Under the pieces are notes generated by a model. That model made no database searches and was not told where the DNA came from. It saw nothing but the letters and a program-made list of their open reading frames with translations. Positions 29,259 to 38,574 of a stretch of 64,000 nucleotides of DNA are shown here, in pieces. This DNA is from a candidate division FCPU426 bacterium. GTDB lineage: Bacteria; Oederibacteriota; JAAXVQ01; JAUVAV01. The stretch spans positions 15,839-79,838 of the forward strand of contig JAUVAV010000008.1 of the NCBI GenBank assembly GCA_030591525.1, written 5' to 3'. The position numbers were made by a program, and so were the translations under genes. Position 1 is the first letter of the stretch. Every line of letters begins with the position of its first letter.

Positions 29259-29398
29259 GCAAGTCAAAAAATATAGGACATTATGGGAAACATAATGTCC
29301 TATTCTAAACCCGGCAGCTTAAAGAAACTAGACGCTGGTGGGGTGAATATTATTTCAAATAAAGCAGGGTATGCTTAAATTATTACATAACCGTATTA

Positions 29399-30976
29399 CT
29401 ACTTTAAAATGGCTATTTTTTGCATGGGATGGACTGTTACCGCGCCGCTGGTCGTGGTTATCATCCGGCAGAAATAAATGCCCGGCGCGATCCCCTGCAA
29501 AGACCAGACCACAGCTTGGCCTGGATTGTCCTGCTTGACTTCCATCACCTGCTCTCCCAAAACATTGAACACCTTGATTTGTATGGACGTCACCCCAACG
29601 GTTTGCCAGGTGAAGCGGACCTCGTTTTGGGCGGGATTGGGATAGGCCAGGATGACCCGCGTGGATAATGCGCCTAGTACCGTCGGGGTCGGCGTGGGCG
29701 AAACCGTCGTGACTGGCGTGGATGAAACCGCCGGGGTCGGCGTGGACGAAACCGTCGTGACTGGCGTGGATGAAACCGCCGGGGTCGGCGTGGACGAAAC
29801 TGTCGTGACTGGCGTGGACGAAACTGTCGTGACTGGCGTGGGCGAAACCGTCGTGACTGGCGTGGATGAAACCGCCGGGGTCGGCGTGGACGAAACCGTC
29901 GTGACTGGCGTGGATGAAACCGCCGGGGTCGGCGTGGACGAAACCGTCGGAGTCGGCGTGGACGAAACTGTCGTGACTGGCGTGGACGAAACTGTCGTGA
30001 CTGGCGTGGACGAAACCGCCGGGGTCGGCGTATACGGCTTGGTATTGGCCGTGTATATCACCGTGTCCATGACCGTGCCGTCCGCCCGGATATGGCGCAA
30101 GGTGGCTTGGGCGCCGTTTACGCTGATTTCCGTGTATCCATAATAGGCGGGTTGCGCCTCATCGAACGAATAGGCGACCATATAGCCATTGTTGTCGTGA
30201 TTCTCGTCCACGGCGTACAGCGGCGCGCCGCCATTGCCTGTGACGATCTGTGCAGTGCCGGCGAGCGGATCGAGCGGCGGATTCTTGTCCCCGTTAAGGT
30301 CGAGTTTAAGCGTGCGAACGTAATAATGCGCATGCCCGGCAAAAATGACGTCACAGCCGCCTTGATACAGCGGTACGCCCCAGGTGGTGTGGAGGGTGCT
30401 TTCGTACACCTTGGGCCCGAAATCAAAGATCGGTGGATGCCAGATCGCGAACAGCCAGTCCTGCGGATTATTCTGAATGGCCTGCTGAAGCATGGTGTAT
30501 TGCGCACCGGTCAGGGACTCGTAGGGATTCAGAATGATGAAGCGGGCGTTCTCGTAATCAAAAGTAAAAAACGTGCCGTTGTTGCCAAATTGGCTGTTCT
30601 GGCCAGGCAGGTAAGTGTTCCAGTTGGCCAGCCCGGCCGGCACGGTAACTTGATCGTGATTCCCCGGCACGGACATATACTTTGGGGGAACCGCGCTCTG
30701 GCCAGTGCCACCCAGGGTCTCATTACAGGCTTGCTGCCAAATATTCCACTGGGACGCTTGCGTGCCGTCCTCAACCACGTCGCCCACGCTGATGATGAAG
30801 CAGTAGTCGGGCGTGTTGGCCTGGATGGCGTTGAGTACGCTGCGGTGAGCTGTATCGTCCGTGCGCGTGTCCCCGTATACCACGAATTTCCAGGGGGTCG
30901 CGGCCTGGGCTTGTGCGCCTGTTAATATCAGCAGCGCCAGCAGTGCCAGCGCCCTGGGTGTAACTTTCCTACGCAA
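29399..30976 (-). CDS. Secreted calcineurin-like metallophosphoesterase with a Thr/Pro/Val-rich repeat linker and a T9SS-type C-terminal sorting domain (CTD)-like tail
   Basis: It has a signal peptide (MRRKVTPRALALLALLILTGAQAQA) and metallophosphatase motifs (GDTRTDD, GDVVEDG, GNHD, AGHAHYY). The linker is (SSTPVTTV/SSTPTPAV)n. The tail has YPNPAQNEVRF...GIYFC...ILK. The start is TTG at 30976. Confidence 0.7.
   Translation of the reverse strand: MRRKVTPRALALLALLILTGAQAQAATPWKFVVYGDTRTDDTAHRSVLNAIQANTPDYCFIISVGDVVEDGTQASQWNIWQQACNETLGGTGQSAVPPKYMSVPGNHDQVTVPAGLANWNTYLPGQNSQFGNNGTFFTFDYENARFIILNPYESLTGAQYTMLQQAIQNNPQDWLFAIWHPPIFDFGPKVYESTLHTTWGVPLYQGGCDVIFAGHAHYYVRTLKLDLNGDKNPPLDPLAGTAQIVTGNGGAPLYAVDENHDNNGYMVAYSFDEAQPAYYGYTEISVNGAQATLRHIRADGTVMDTVIYTANTKPYTPTPAVSSTPVTTVSSTPVTTVSSTPTPTVSSTPTPAVSSTPVTTVSSTPTPAVSSTPVTTVSPTPVTTVSSTPVTTVSSTPTPAVSSTPVTTVSSTPTPAVSSTPVTTVSPTPTPTVLGALSTRVILAYPNPAQNEVRFTWQTVGVTSIQIKVFNVLGEQVMEVKQDNPGQAVVWSLQGIAPGIYFCRMITTTSGAVTVHPMQKIAILK
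29682..30040. repeat. Tandem ~30-nt periodic repeats (gtggacgaaaccgtcgtgactggc / gtggatgaaaccgccggggtcggc variants) encoding the TP-rich linker
   Basis: Read directly from the sequence. At least 12 units with two alternating variants. Confidence 0.85.
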
Positions 30977-31095
30977 CCTGCACTCCCCCCCCCTTATACT
31001 TGCCGGCTGTCCGGTTCATTGTGATGAATTATACTCCACAGGCGCCCCTGTTACTAGCTTTTTTCCGGCTGCAGGGTGATTTGGGTTTGACGACT

Positions 31096-31167
31096 GAAAA
31101 TCATTATAAAGCGGTTCATATGCAATATCCGGGGCAACAGGTTCTGGCGAGGCACGCGTTCTATTCC
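31096..31167. repeat. Left copy of a 72-bp direct repeat bounding a ~3.5 kb island
   Basis: The sequence GAAATCATTATAAAGCGGTTCATATGCAATATCCGGGGCAACAGGTTCTGGCGAGG(C/T)ACGCGTTCTATTCC is identical, apart from one mismatch, to 34562-34632. Confidence 0.85.
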
Positions 31168-31300
31168 AGAACAGAATCAGTCCAGAGATTAAATTACTCC
31201 ACCCCAAGGGCGGAGAATTTGATCCGAGATGTAGAAAGTCATTATTTTTATAGCCGCTTCATCCCCGCCTTGAACATGCATATCAATAATAATCTTCATC

Positions 31301-32013
31301 TCATGTCACGAAGTCAAGGCGGGGAATTCGCGGTGACGTATTAAGATGCCTAAGTATCTTTTCTACGATTTCGCTGTCATCCAGCAAAGCTATTATTTTC
31401 ATCTCTCCACCACAAGCGGGAGAGATGAGAGGATCAACCTCCCAGATTTTTTTGATCAATTCCCGCCATTGCTTTGACGGCACTTGCGGTGCTTGGTATG
31501 CCGATATGTCTATTAAATTTTTGAGCATTTGAGCAGGTGATCAGTTGACCGCAGCTTTTCTACTGCTCTCCTGATCAACTGTTCGGCTGCTCTGATTTTC
31601 GCAAAGCGAAAATCAGGTATGTGCTGCGTTATCGCTCCTATGAATTCCCCTGCAGTAAATACTTTGAAGTTTCCTTTGACCTTGGGTTTTGGTTTGGAGC
31701 AGTATATCACACTTCCTGTCTTTTCATTATAAATCATCTTTTCTTCTGAAAATGGATTTCGAATTATATACTGTGCCAATCGTTCCAGGCCTGACCTTTC
31801 TTCCCTTTTGACCGGTTCTCCCTTATGCACACTGAAGCCGCTATGTTGCCAGGCACGCAGTTTCCTGGCTAAATCTTCTATCGGTCTCAAATAGCCATGG
31901 CTTTTTTCATACTTCTCTTTATAATGCTTAAGGTAATCGGCAAAGTGAGCATGCAAACATTGCCACAACTTTGTTCTTTTAGGCTGGCGGGGTTTATAGA
32001 CTTTTTCTTCCAT
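31301..32013 (-). pseudogene. Degraded IS91/ISCR-family (HUH Y2 rolling-circle) transposase, C-terminal portion only, frameshifted
   Basis: Two frames carry the fragments. Frame A (31513-32013) has LAQYIIRNPFSEEKMIY. Frame B (31301-31528) has the characteristic C-terminal zinc ribbon ..ISPACGGEMKIIALL.DSEIVEKILRHL. No HUH N-terminal domain was found upstream. Confidence 0.5.
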
Positions 32014-32374
32014 GTCTTTTTAGACATGGGATTCAGCTTTTTCTTGCTGAAAATATTACCAAACACTGAAGTTGTATGCATCGTGCCAAGACGGTCGGCC
32101 ATTACGATTCATGGCGGCCACTTTTTCTTAAGATAAGAGGTCAGAAAGATTTGCCGGGCGCTTAAGCTGAAATTCGGGGATTTCATTCAGGAATTCAAGC
32201 GGGAATTAAAATAAGTTAATTTGTTATTTTAGCTAATGGACTTCACCCAGAATTACATCAATTACGCAATCAGGGACAGGAGCCGTTTGGTTTCTTTTGT
32301 ATCGTGGATCACGAGCGGGACCGCCCCCTGAAGCCTTGAAGCTTTTTTATTGTTGAAAGAGACACGAGGGATCA

Positions 32375-33199
32375 ATGATCGACCAACTATGCGTCCAATT
32401 CTTGAAATGGTGTTTACCGAATCTGCGCCTGAAATGGTCAGGGTTCCAAAAAGTCCGAAGGCATGTCTGCAAGCGGATTTACTCTCGCTGTCACGAAATT
32501 GGCATTTCCACGCTTTTGGAGTATCAAAAATATCTTGAAAACCATGGCCAAGAGTGGGAAATTCTTGACACCCTCTGCCGAATTACCATCTCCCGTTTCT
32601 ACCGCGATCGTCAAGTGTTCGAGACCTTGCGTAACCAGGCGCTGCCCCTCCTCATTCAAAAAGCCGTCGCCGGAGGAGAACAAGCACTTTATGGCTGGAG
32701 TCTCGGATGTTGTAATGGTGAAGAGGCTTATTCCCTGCAGATCCTCTGGCAGCTGGGAATTAAGCCGAACTTTCCAGAAGATTTACGGCTTCGACTGATA
32801 GCTACCGATGTGAATGCACATTTGCTGGAACGCGCTTCCCAAGGCTGTTATGTTCAAAGCAGCCTGAAGGACCTTCCACCAGAATGGATTGACCAGGCTT
32901 TTGAACAAACCGGGAGGCAGTATTGCATCAAGGAAAGTTACAAAGAGAATCTTCAATTTGTAAAGCAGGATATTCGGCACCAACTGCCTGAAGGCCGGTT
33001 TCATCTTATCCTTTGTCGCAATCTGGTTTTTACCTATTTTGAAAAAAGCCTCCAACTGGCAATACTGGCCAAATTGGTAGAAAAGCTTATCCCCGGAGGT
33101 TTTTTAGTGATTGGAAGTCATGAGAAACTGCCTGGAGGAAGCCCTGATCTACAATCTTCCCCGGCGATGCCAAGTATTTATCAAAAAACGATTATCTAA
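32375..33199 (+). CDS. CheR-type SAM-dependent methyltransferase (protein-glutamate O-methyltransferase-like), orphan
   Basis: The CheR N-terminal helical domain (ISRFYRD) and a class I MTase core (YGWSLGCCNGEEAYSL, IATDVNAHLLERA) are present. There are no neighbouring chemotaxis genes. Confidence 0.65.
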   Translation: MIDQLCVQFLKWCLPNLRLKWSGFQKVRRHVCKRIYSRCHEIGISTLLEYQKYLENHGQEWEILDTLCRITISRFYRDRQVFETLRNQALPLLIQKAVAGGEQALYGWSLGCCNGEEAYSLQILWQLGIKPNFPEDLRLRLIATDVNAHLLERASQGCYVQSSLKDLPPEWIDQAFEQTGRQYCIKESYKENLQFVKQDIRHQLPEGRFHLILCRNLVFTYFEKSLQLAILAKLVEKLIPGGFLVIGSHEKLPGGSPDLQSSPAMPSIYQKTII

Positions 33200-33330
33200 G
33201 AATGCTTCGAAACCACCCGGCGCGCTAGGGAAACCTGCCCCTGCTTCTGAATTAATGCCGCAAAACAGCCAGCGAACCAAGACCCGTTTTTTAGATTGAA
33301 ATTTATATAAGGGTTCCAATTTGAATGATC

Positions 33331-34062
33331 CTACTTCGGGACCGGAGGCTTTCTCTGGGACAGGTTCAGGATTTTATTCTTTAATTCACGATTAATTGGG
33401 AAACCCAGAATATTAACCACTGGCCATCTCACATCTTGACTCTCGTTCCCCGCATAGACGATCCCGGCCAGACGATAAGATCCATCCTTCCCAATGCGAA
33501 AAATCGGGCTTCCGCTCAAGCCCCCTAAATTCCATCTTTTCTCCCGGGGGTTTAAACGAGATTCCAGCCAGATTTTCCGATCCGAAAAAAGCCGACACGT
33601 GGCCCAGAGATGTTTCGCCTTTGACGGAGATCTCTTATTCCCTGGGAACCCCACCACCAAGACTTCTTCGTCCTCTTGGATTCGGGGGCTGTCTTCTTCG
33701 AGCTGATAGAAATTCTTGCCCCCGCTGAGAATCACATCTCTATCCAGCCCAAAGACAGCGATGTCAAACGGAAGATCAAAATCTTTGCGTTGGGAGGAAA
33801 AGATGAGGCGACCGGGAAGCGGGCGAGGTCTTGGCAGGGCCAGTGTGAAGAGGAGTTGTTGGGAATTCCAGCGATATTTTTCAGCAACCACATGTTGGTT
33901 GGTGATGCCCAAGCAGCGGCCCTTCCATTCCACAAAAGTCAAGGTGGCGTTGGTCAGTCGGGACTTCGGGCCGGCTTCAAGCTTGCTTATCCTCAGTTCG
34001 GCACAAAACTTAGCCGTTGCCGAAGAAAGCTTGGTTTCAAAACGCGCATCCTGGTTTAACAT
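33331..34062 (-). CDS. Cytoplasmic trypsin/chymotrypsin-fold serine peptidase (no signal peptide)
   Basis: A His-Asp-Ser triad is in the usual context (GITNQHVV ... DIAVFGLD ... GLSGSPIF). The protein is 243 aa and convergent with the CheR-like gene inside the island. Confidence 0.55.
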   Translation of the reverse strand: MLNQDARFETKLSSATAKFCAELRISKLEAGPKSRLTNATLTFVEWKGRCLGITNQHVVAEKYRWNSQQLLFTLALPRPRPLPGRLIFSSQRKDFDLPFDIAVFGLDRDVILSGGKNFYQLEEDSPRIQEDEEVLVVGFPGNKRSPSKAKHLWATCRLFSDRKIWLESRLNPREKRWNLGGLSGSPIFRIGKDGSYRLAGIVYAGNESQDVRWPVVNILGFPINRELKNKILNLSQRKPPVPK

Positions 34063-34561
34063 CTTTCGACCCCGACGTTAAGATAAAGTTGAAGCGAGAG
34101 CTAGAGAAATTTGGGCTTTCTACCTCGATCGCTTCATTCCTCTGACGATCAACTGCGGGTTTGCAAAAAAAGAAAGCCAATCTGCGGTTTAGAGGAACAA
34201 TTGTTTAGTCGGGTTTAATATCGCGGCCTTTCACCGAAGATCAAAGGGATACGAATAAAATGATGGCAGAGAAATTTATTCTAATCCCCGGAAGAAGATG
34301 CCTTAGGTTTAATTCGTTCTGCTCTCAGCTGATAAGAATTTACTTTTGAAGGATAGTGTAACAAAGGCTGAAATAGTACGTCAACGGCAAAATTTCGGGC
34401 TGAGGATGTTATACTCAGACTGGTAAAAACTCTAATCTCGTGTTGGGCAAAGATTTTCCAGCGGCTTTTCTACAATTTCCGGTAAAAATGGCCTTTCTGA
34501 TAGACTGTTGAGACAGTTCTTTCCTATTCCCCCTAGCTACCGATTCTTCCGGATCTAACTG

Positions 34562-34632
34562 GAAATCATTATAAAGCGGTTCATATGCAATATCCGGGGC
34601 AACAGGTTCTGGCGAGGTACGCGTTCTATTCC
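34562..34632. repeat. Right copy of the 72-bp direct repeat. It overlaps the last two codons and the stop of phoR.
   Basis: See 31096-31167. Sequence identity stops exactly at the phoR stop codon. Confidence 0.85.
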
Positions 34633-36398
34633 GGCAGCTTAATCGTAAAAACACTGCCTTGGCCCGGAGCGCTCTCTACGGATACGGAACCGCCGTGCGC
34701 CTGCGCGATATGCTTGACAATGGCCAGGCCTAAACCAGTTCCGCCCAGCTCGCGGCTGCGGGCCCTGTCGACCCGGTAAAAACGCTCAAAAATCCGGACG
34801 AGGTGCTGGCTCTCGATTCCGCATCCCTGGTCGCGAACGCGCACTATTACTTCTCTTTCTCCGCGCTCCGCCTCCACGGTTATTACTTTGCCCGGCTCGC
34901 TGTATTTGACGGCATTATCAATTAAATTGATAAGTGCCTGCTCCAGGAGAGGTATATTGGCTTGCGTGCCAAGGTCTTCCGGGCAGTCAATCTTAATTTC
35001 ATGCTTTTGGCTTGCCGTCCGGGCTTCGTAAAGCAGGATGACCGATTTTAGAACATCCTTTATCTTACAGCTTTCCAGGCGAATCTCTTTTTTTTCAGCT
35101 TCCTGTTCAATCCGCGAGAGATTTAAAAGATCTTCAATAATGGCATTTAGCCGCTCAGCGTATTTTAAGATTATTTCCAGGAATCGTCGGCTCTCCTGGG
35201 GCTTGTTTATGGCCCCGTCCAGCAGAGTTTCCACAAAACCCTGGATACCGGTAATCGGCGTTTTAAGTTCATGGGAAACATTGGCCACAAAATCCCGGCG
35301 CATTCTTTCCAAACGGCGCAGACGGGTAATATCATTTAATACTATCAGCGCGCCTATGCCTTTTCCCTGCTCATCCCGCAGAGTAGTGCCGTGAACATGC
35401 ATGATGCATTCGGTGTTATATTTATAAAGAACGATCTCGTCTTCCAGCACAGTTTGCGAGGCCAGGGTTTTGGTCACAAAACGCTGGAGATCAGTATTCC
35501 GCACAACTTCCTGGAGGCTCCGCCCTCTGACCCGGCCGGTCTGGATCCCGAACATATCCGCGGCCGCGCTGTTTATATTGAGAAGGCATTCATCAGCATC
35601 CACTGCCAGAACACCCTCCACCATGCTGGACAAAACCGCTTCCTGCTCATGACGCTGCCGCAGTATGGTCCGGATGCGCTCATCCAGCTGGCCGGCCATC
35701 TGGTTTAAAGTCTCGGCCAGTCCGCCGATCTCCTCTGAATTGGGGATGGGTAATTTATGGTCCAAATCCCCCCTGGCAAAACGTTCTGCACCATTTTTCA
35801 TTTCCCTTAAGGGGCGGCTGATTTGATAGGAAACCGCCAGGCTGACAGCCGCTGCCAATAAGGCAATCAACAGTCCTGCCAGAGCCAGCTTCAGATAAAT
35901 TCCTTTTAGTGACTGCCGGATAGAGGTTATGGGGATTGCCAGCCGGATAACCGCCGGTATGCTATTGCCGCGGATATGGGGAATAGCAAGATACATCATG
36001 TCTTTCCGCAAGGTATGGCTGAACCGGTTGGATATTCCCACCTGGCCGTCCAGGGCTGCCATGACCTCGGGCCGGTCAGCGTGATTATCCATGCGAACGG
36101 GATCCTCTTGGGAGTCGCCCATGACCTTTCCGGATGGAAGGATTATTGTGAGGCGGGCGCCCACGGTTTGGCTTAATTCCCGGCAGAGCCGGTTAACCGC
36201 AGCACTGTCTCCGGCAGATATGATTCCCTGCATCTCTCTTTCTATCAAGCCGGCTTGAGATTTAAGATGCTGCCTGATTTCCGTTAAATATAATTGGCGC
36301 AGAAAGCCGGCGGCAATCCAGCTGACTGCCAGGAGAGACATAAGTATAATCAGCAGGTAGGATGGATAAAGCTGCCAGAGGAGACGTTTTTTTCGCAT
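34626..36398 (-). CDS. phoR: Phosphate-regulon sensor histidine kinase (TM-HAMP-PAS-HisKA-HATPase)
   Basis: It has an H-box (FVANVSHELKTP), and N, G1 and G2 boxes (DNAVKYS, DQGCGI, GGTGLGLAI). It is the last gene of the pst-phoU-phoB-phoR array. Confidence 0.85.
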   Translation of the reverse strand: MRKKRLLWQLYPSYLLIILMSLLAVSWIAAGFLRQLYLTEIRQHLKSQAGLIEREMQGIISAGDSAAVNRLCRELSQTVGARLTIILPSGKVMGDSQEDPVRMDNHADRPEVMAALDGQVGISNRFSHTLRKDMMYLAIPHIRGNSIPAVIRLAIPITSIRQSLKGIYLKLALAGLLIALLAAAVSLAVSYQISRPLREMKNGAERFARGDLDHKLPIPNSEEIGGLAETLNQMAGQLDERIRTILRQRHEQEAVLSSMVEGVLAVDADECLLNINSAAADMFGIQTGRVRGRSLQEVVRNTDLQRFVTKTLASQTVLEDEIVLYKYNTECIMHVHGTTLRDEQGKGIGALIVLNDITRLRRLERMRRDFVANVSHELKTPITGIQGFVETLLDGAINKPQESRRFLEIILKYAERLNAIIEDLLNLSRIEQEAEKKEIRLESCKIKDVLKSVILLYEARTASQKHEIKIDCPEDLGTQANIPLLEQALINLIDNAVKYSEPGKVITVEAERGEREVIVRVRDQGCGIESQHLVRIFERFYRVDRARSRELGGTGLGLAIVKHIAQAHGGSVSVESAPGQGSVFTIKLPE

Positions 36399-36401
36399 AA
36401 C

Positions 36402-37091
36402 TTATTCCTGAAAGCGGTAACCTACGCCGCGCACGGTTTCAATATGCTTCCCGGCCGTACCGAGTTTCCGGCGTAAGCCGACAATCTGGACATCCACCGA
36501 ACGCTCGGTGACTGAGTAGTCTTCCCCGCGCACGGCATCTACCATTTGGTAGCGGGTAAATACCCGGCCGCGGTTTTTAGCTAAAAAATGGAGCAGGCGG
36601 AATTCCGTGAGTGTCAGGTTAAGGGGTTTTCCCTTAACCATTACCTCATGCCGGGCTTGGTTGATACTCAACTCGTGGATGGTAAGCGGGCCGGCCTCAT
36701 CCGCCTCCCGGCTTTGGTCCCTGCGCCGCAAAACCATGCGCAGACGCGCAATTAAAACCCGGGGACTAAAGGGCTTGGTAATATAATCCTCTGCTCCCAA
36801 CTCCAACCCGGCAATAATATCCGATTCCTCGCCCTTGGCTGTCAGCATGATAATTGGAATATACCGGGTCCGGTCGTCTCTTTTCAGTATCCGGCAGATT
36901 TCCAAACCATCCATGCCCGGCAGCATTAAATCCAGAATAATAAGGTCCGGAACTTTTGACTTGATCAGCTTAAGACCCTCTTCGCCGCTCCGGGCGCTAC
37001 TGACCTGATAGCCTTCCTGTCCCAGATTATACTTGAGCAATTCCCGGATATGTTCATCATCTTCAATCACAAGTATCCTGGCTTTTGGCAT
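36402..37091 (-). CDS. phoB: Phosphate regulon response regulator (OmpR/PhoB family, winged helix)
   Basis: It has a receiver domain (ILVIEDDEHI..DLIILDLMLPGMDG) and a trans_reg_C domain (LTLTEFRLLHFLAKNRGRVFTRYQM...VDVQIVGLRRKL). Confidence 0.9.
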   Translation of the reverse strand: MPKARILVIEDDEHIRELLKYNLGQEGYQVSSARSGEEGLKLIKSKVPDLIILDLMLPGMDGLEICRILKRDDRTRYIPIIMLTAKGEESDIIAGLELGAEDYITKPFSPRVLIARLRMVLRRRDQSREADEAGPLTIHELSINQARHEVMVKGKPLNLTLTEFRLLHFLAKNRGRVFTRYQMVDAVRGEDYSVTERSVDVQIVGLRRKLGTAGKHIETVRGVGYRFQE

Positions 37092-37099
37092 TCCTTACC

Positions 37100-37771
37100 T
37101 CAATCCTCTTTTTCAACCTCGGCTTGGTGCCGGATGATCCGGCCTTCGATCAGGTAAATCACATCCTCTGCGATGTTGGTGGCGTAATCCGCAATGCGTT
37201 CCAACTGGCGGGAGACGGATAAGAGCCGGAGCAAAGCCGGCGTCCGGTCGGTTTTTTTCCGGATTCCCTCCTGCACCTGTACATACATTTGACGGTTAAT
37301 GGCATCCACCTCATCGTCAGAGCCTAATACTTTCCGGGCCAGCCCGGCATCCAGGTTAACCAGGGCATCCAGGCTGGTTCTGAGCATGGCCTGGGTTTTC
37401 CGGGCCATGCCAATAAAATCAAAAGGCATGCCCACCGGTTCCTGCCCGGCCAGGGCGCATGCCTGCTCGGCAATGTTTACCGCTAAATCCCCGATTCTTT
37501 CCAGATCATTGTTGACCTTCAACACTGCTATAACATAGCGCAGATCAATGGCCACCGGCTGGTGCAGGGCCAGGATTTTCAGGCATTCCTCCTCGACCTC
37601 TACCTCCATCTCATCGATCCCGGCATCCGCCTCTATTACCTGCCGGGCCAGTTCTGTATTCCGCGTGCCGACTGATTTGACGGCTTTTTGAAAACTCTCT
37701 TCCACTATGGCGCAGAGCGAGAGAATCTTTTTTTTGAGTTTTGCGATCTCGGTTTGCAAATGCTGAGACAC
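37100..37771 (-). CDS. phoU: Phosphate transport system regulator PhoU
   Basis: It has two PhoU repeats (..NNDLERIGDLAVNIAE.. / ..SVSRQLERIADYATNIAED..). Confidence 0.9.
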   Translation of the reverse strand: MSQHLQTEIAKLKKKILSLCAIVEESFQKAVKSVGTRNTELARQVIEADAGIDEMEVEVEEECLKILALHQPVAIDLRYVIAVLKVNNDLERIGDLAVNIAEQACALAGQEPVGMPFDFIGMARKTQAMLRTSLDALVNLDAGLARKVLGSDDEVDAINRQMYVQVQEGIRKKTDRTPALLRLLSVSRQLERIADYATNIAEDVIYLIEGRIIRHQAEVEKED

Positions 37772-37788
37772 CTTATTCTTCTCCTTTC

Positions 37789-38571
37789 TTACCCGAAACG
37801 TCCGGTAATATAATCTTCGGTTTGTTTTTGATCCGGTTTGGTAAATATTTTCTGCGTCTCGCCAAATTCGATTAGCCGGCCTTCATAGAAAAAACCGGTA
37901 TAATTCGAGACCCGGGCCGCCTGTTGCATATTATGCGTGACAATCACAATAGTATATTTTTTTCGCAGCTCCCCGATCAGGTCCTCGACTTTGGCGGTCG
38001 AGCGCGGGTCCAGGGCCGAGGCCGGCTCATCCATAAGGATAATTTCCGGATTAATGGCCAAGGCCCGCGCAATGCATAAGCGCTGCTGCTGTCCGCCCGA
38101 GAGCGCCAGGGCGCTGCCCTCCAGCCGGTCTTTTACCTCGTCCCAGAGGTTGGCGCGAACCAGGCTATTTTCCACGATTTCCGCCAGTACCTGCCTATCC
38201 CGGGTTCCATGAATTCTGGGCCCATAGCACACGTTCTCAAATATTGATTTGGGAAAGGGGTTGGATTTTTGAAAAACCATGCCCACGGTTTTACGCAAAC
38301 CAACCACGTCAATGCCGTTCTTATAAATATCCTGGTTGTCAATTATAACCCGCCCTTCCTGCCGGGTGTTTTCGATTATATCATTCATGCGGTTAAGTGT
38401 GCGCAAAAAGGTCGATTTTCCGCATCCCGAAGGACCGATCAGAGCCGTAACCTGGCAGGCGGGAATCTCCATATCCACTCCGAACAGGGCCTGGGTGGGA
38501 CCGTAATAGAAATTAAGCTTTTCAACCTTTATCTTTACTTCCATAGAGATCTCCTTGTTTGGCATACCCAC
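37789..38571 (-). CDS. pstB: Phosphate ABC transporter ATP-binding protein
   Basis: It has Walker A (GPSGCGKST), the signature LSGGQQQR, Walker B (ILMDEP) and a PstB-type N-terminus. Confidence 0.9.
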   Translation of the reverse strand: MGMPNKEISMEVKIKVEKLNFYYGPTQALFGVDMEIPACQVTALIGPSGCGKSTFLRTLNRMNDIIENTRQEGRVIIDNQDIYKNGIDVVGLRKTVGMVFQKSNPFPKSIFENVCYGPRIHGTRDRQVLAEIVENSLVRANLWDEVKDRLEGSALALSGGQQQRLCIARALAINPEIILMDEPASALDPRSTAKVEDLIGELRKKYTIVIVTHNMQQAARVSNYTGFFYEGRLIEFGETQKIFTKPDQKQTEDYITGRFG

Positions 38572-38574
38572 ACT

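Noticed and set aside
29652-30143. Plus-strand ORF with (VDETVVTG/VDETAGVG)n repeats
   Set aside because: It is the antisense translation of the TP-repeat linker of the minus-strand phosphoesterase gene, which has a signal peptide, catalytic motifs and a sorting tail.
31016-31207. ORFs 31016-31207 and 34415-34654 sharing the peptide RTRxSPEPVAPDIAYEPLYNDFQ
   Set aside because: The shared peptide is simply the 72-bp direct repeat translated on the minus strand. The two ORFs diverge immediately outside the repeat.
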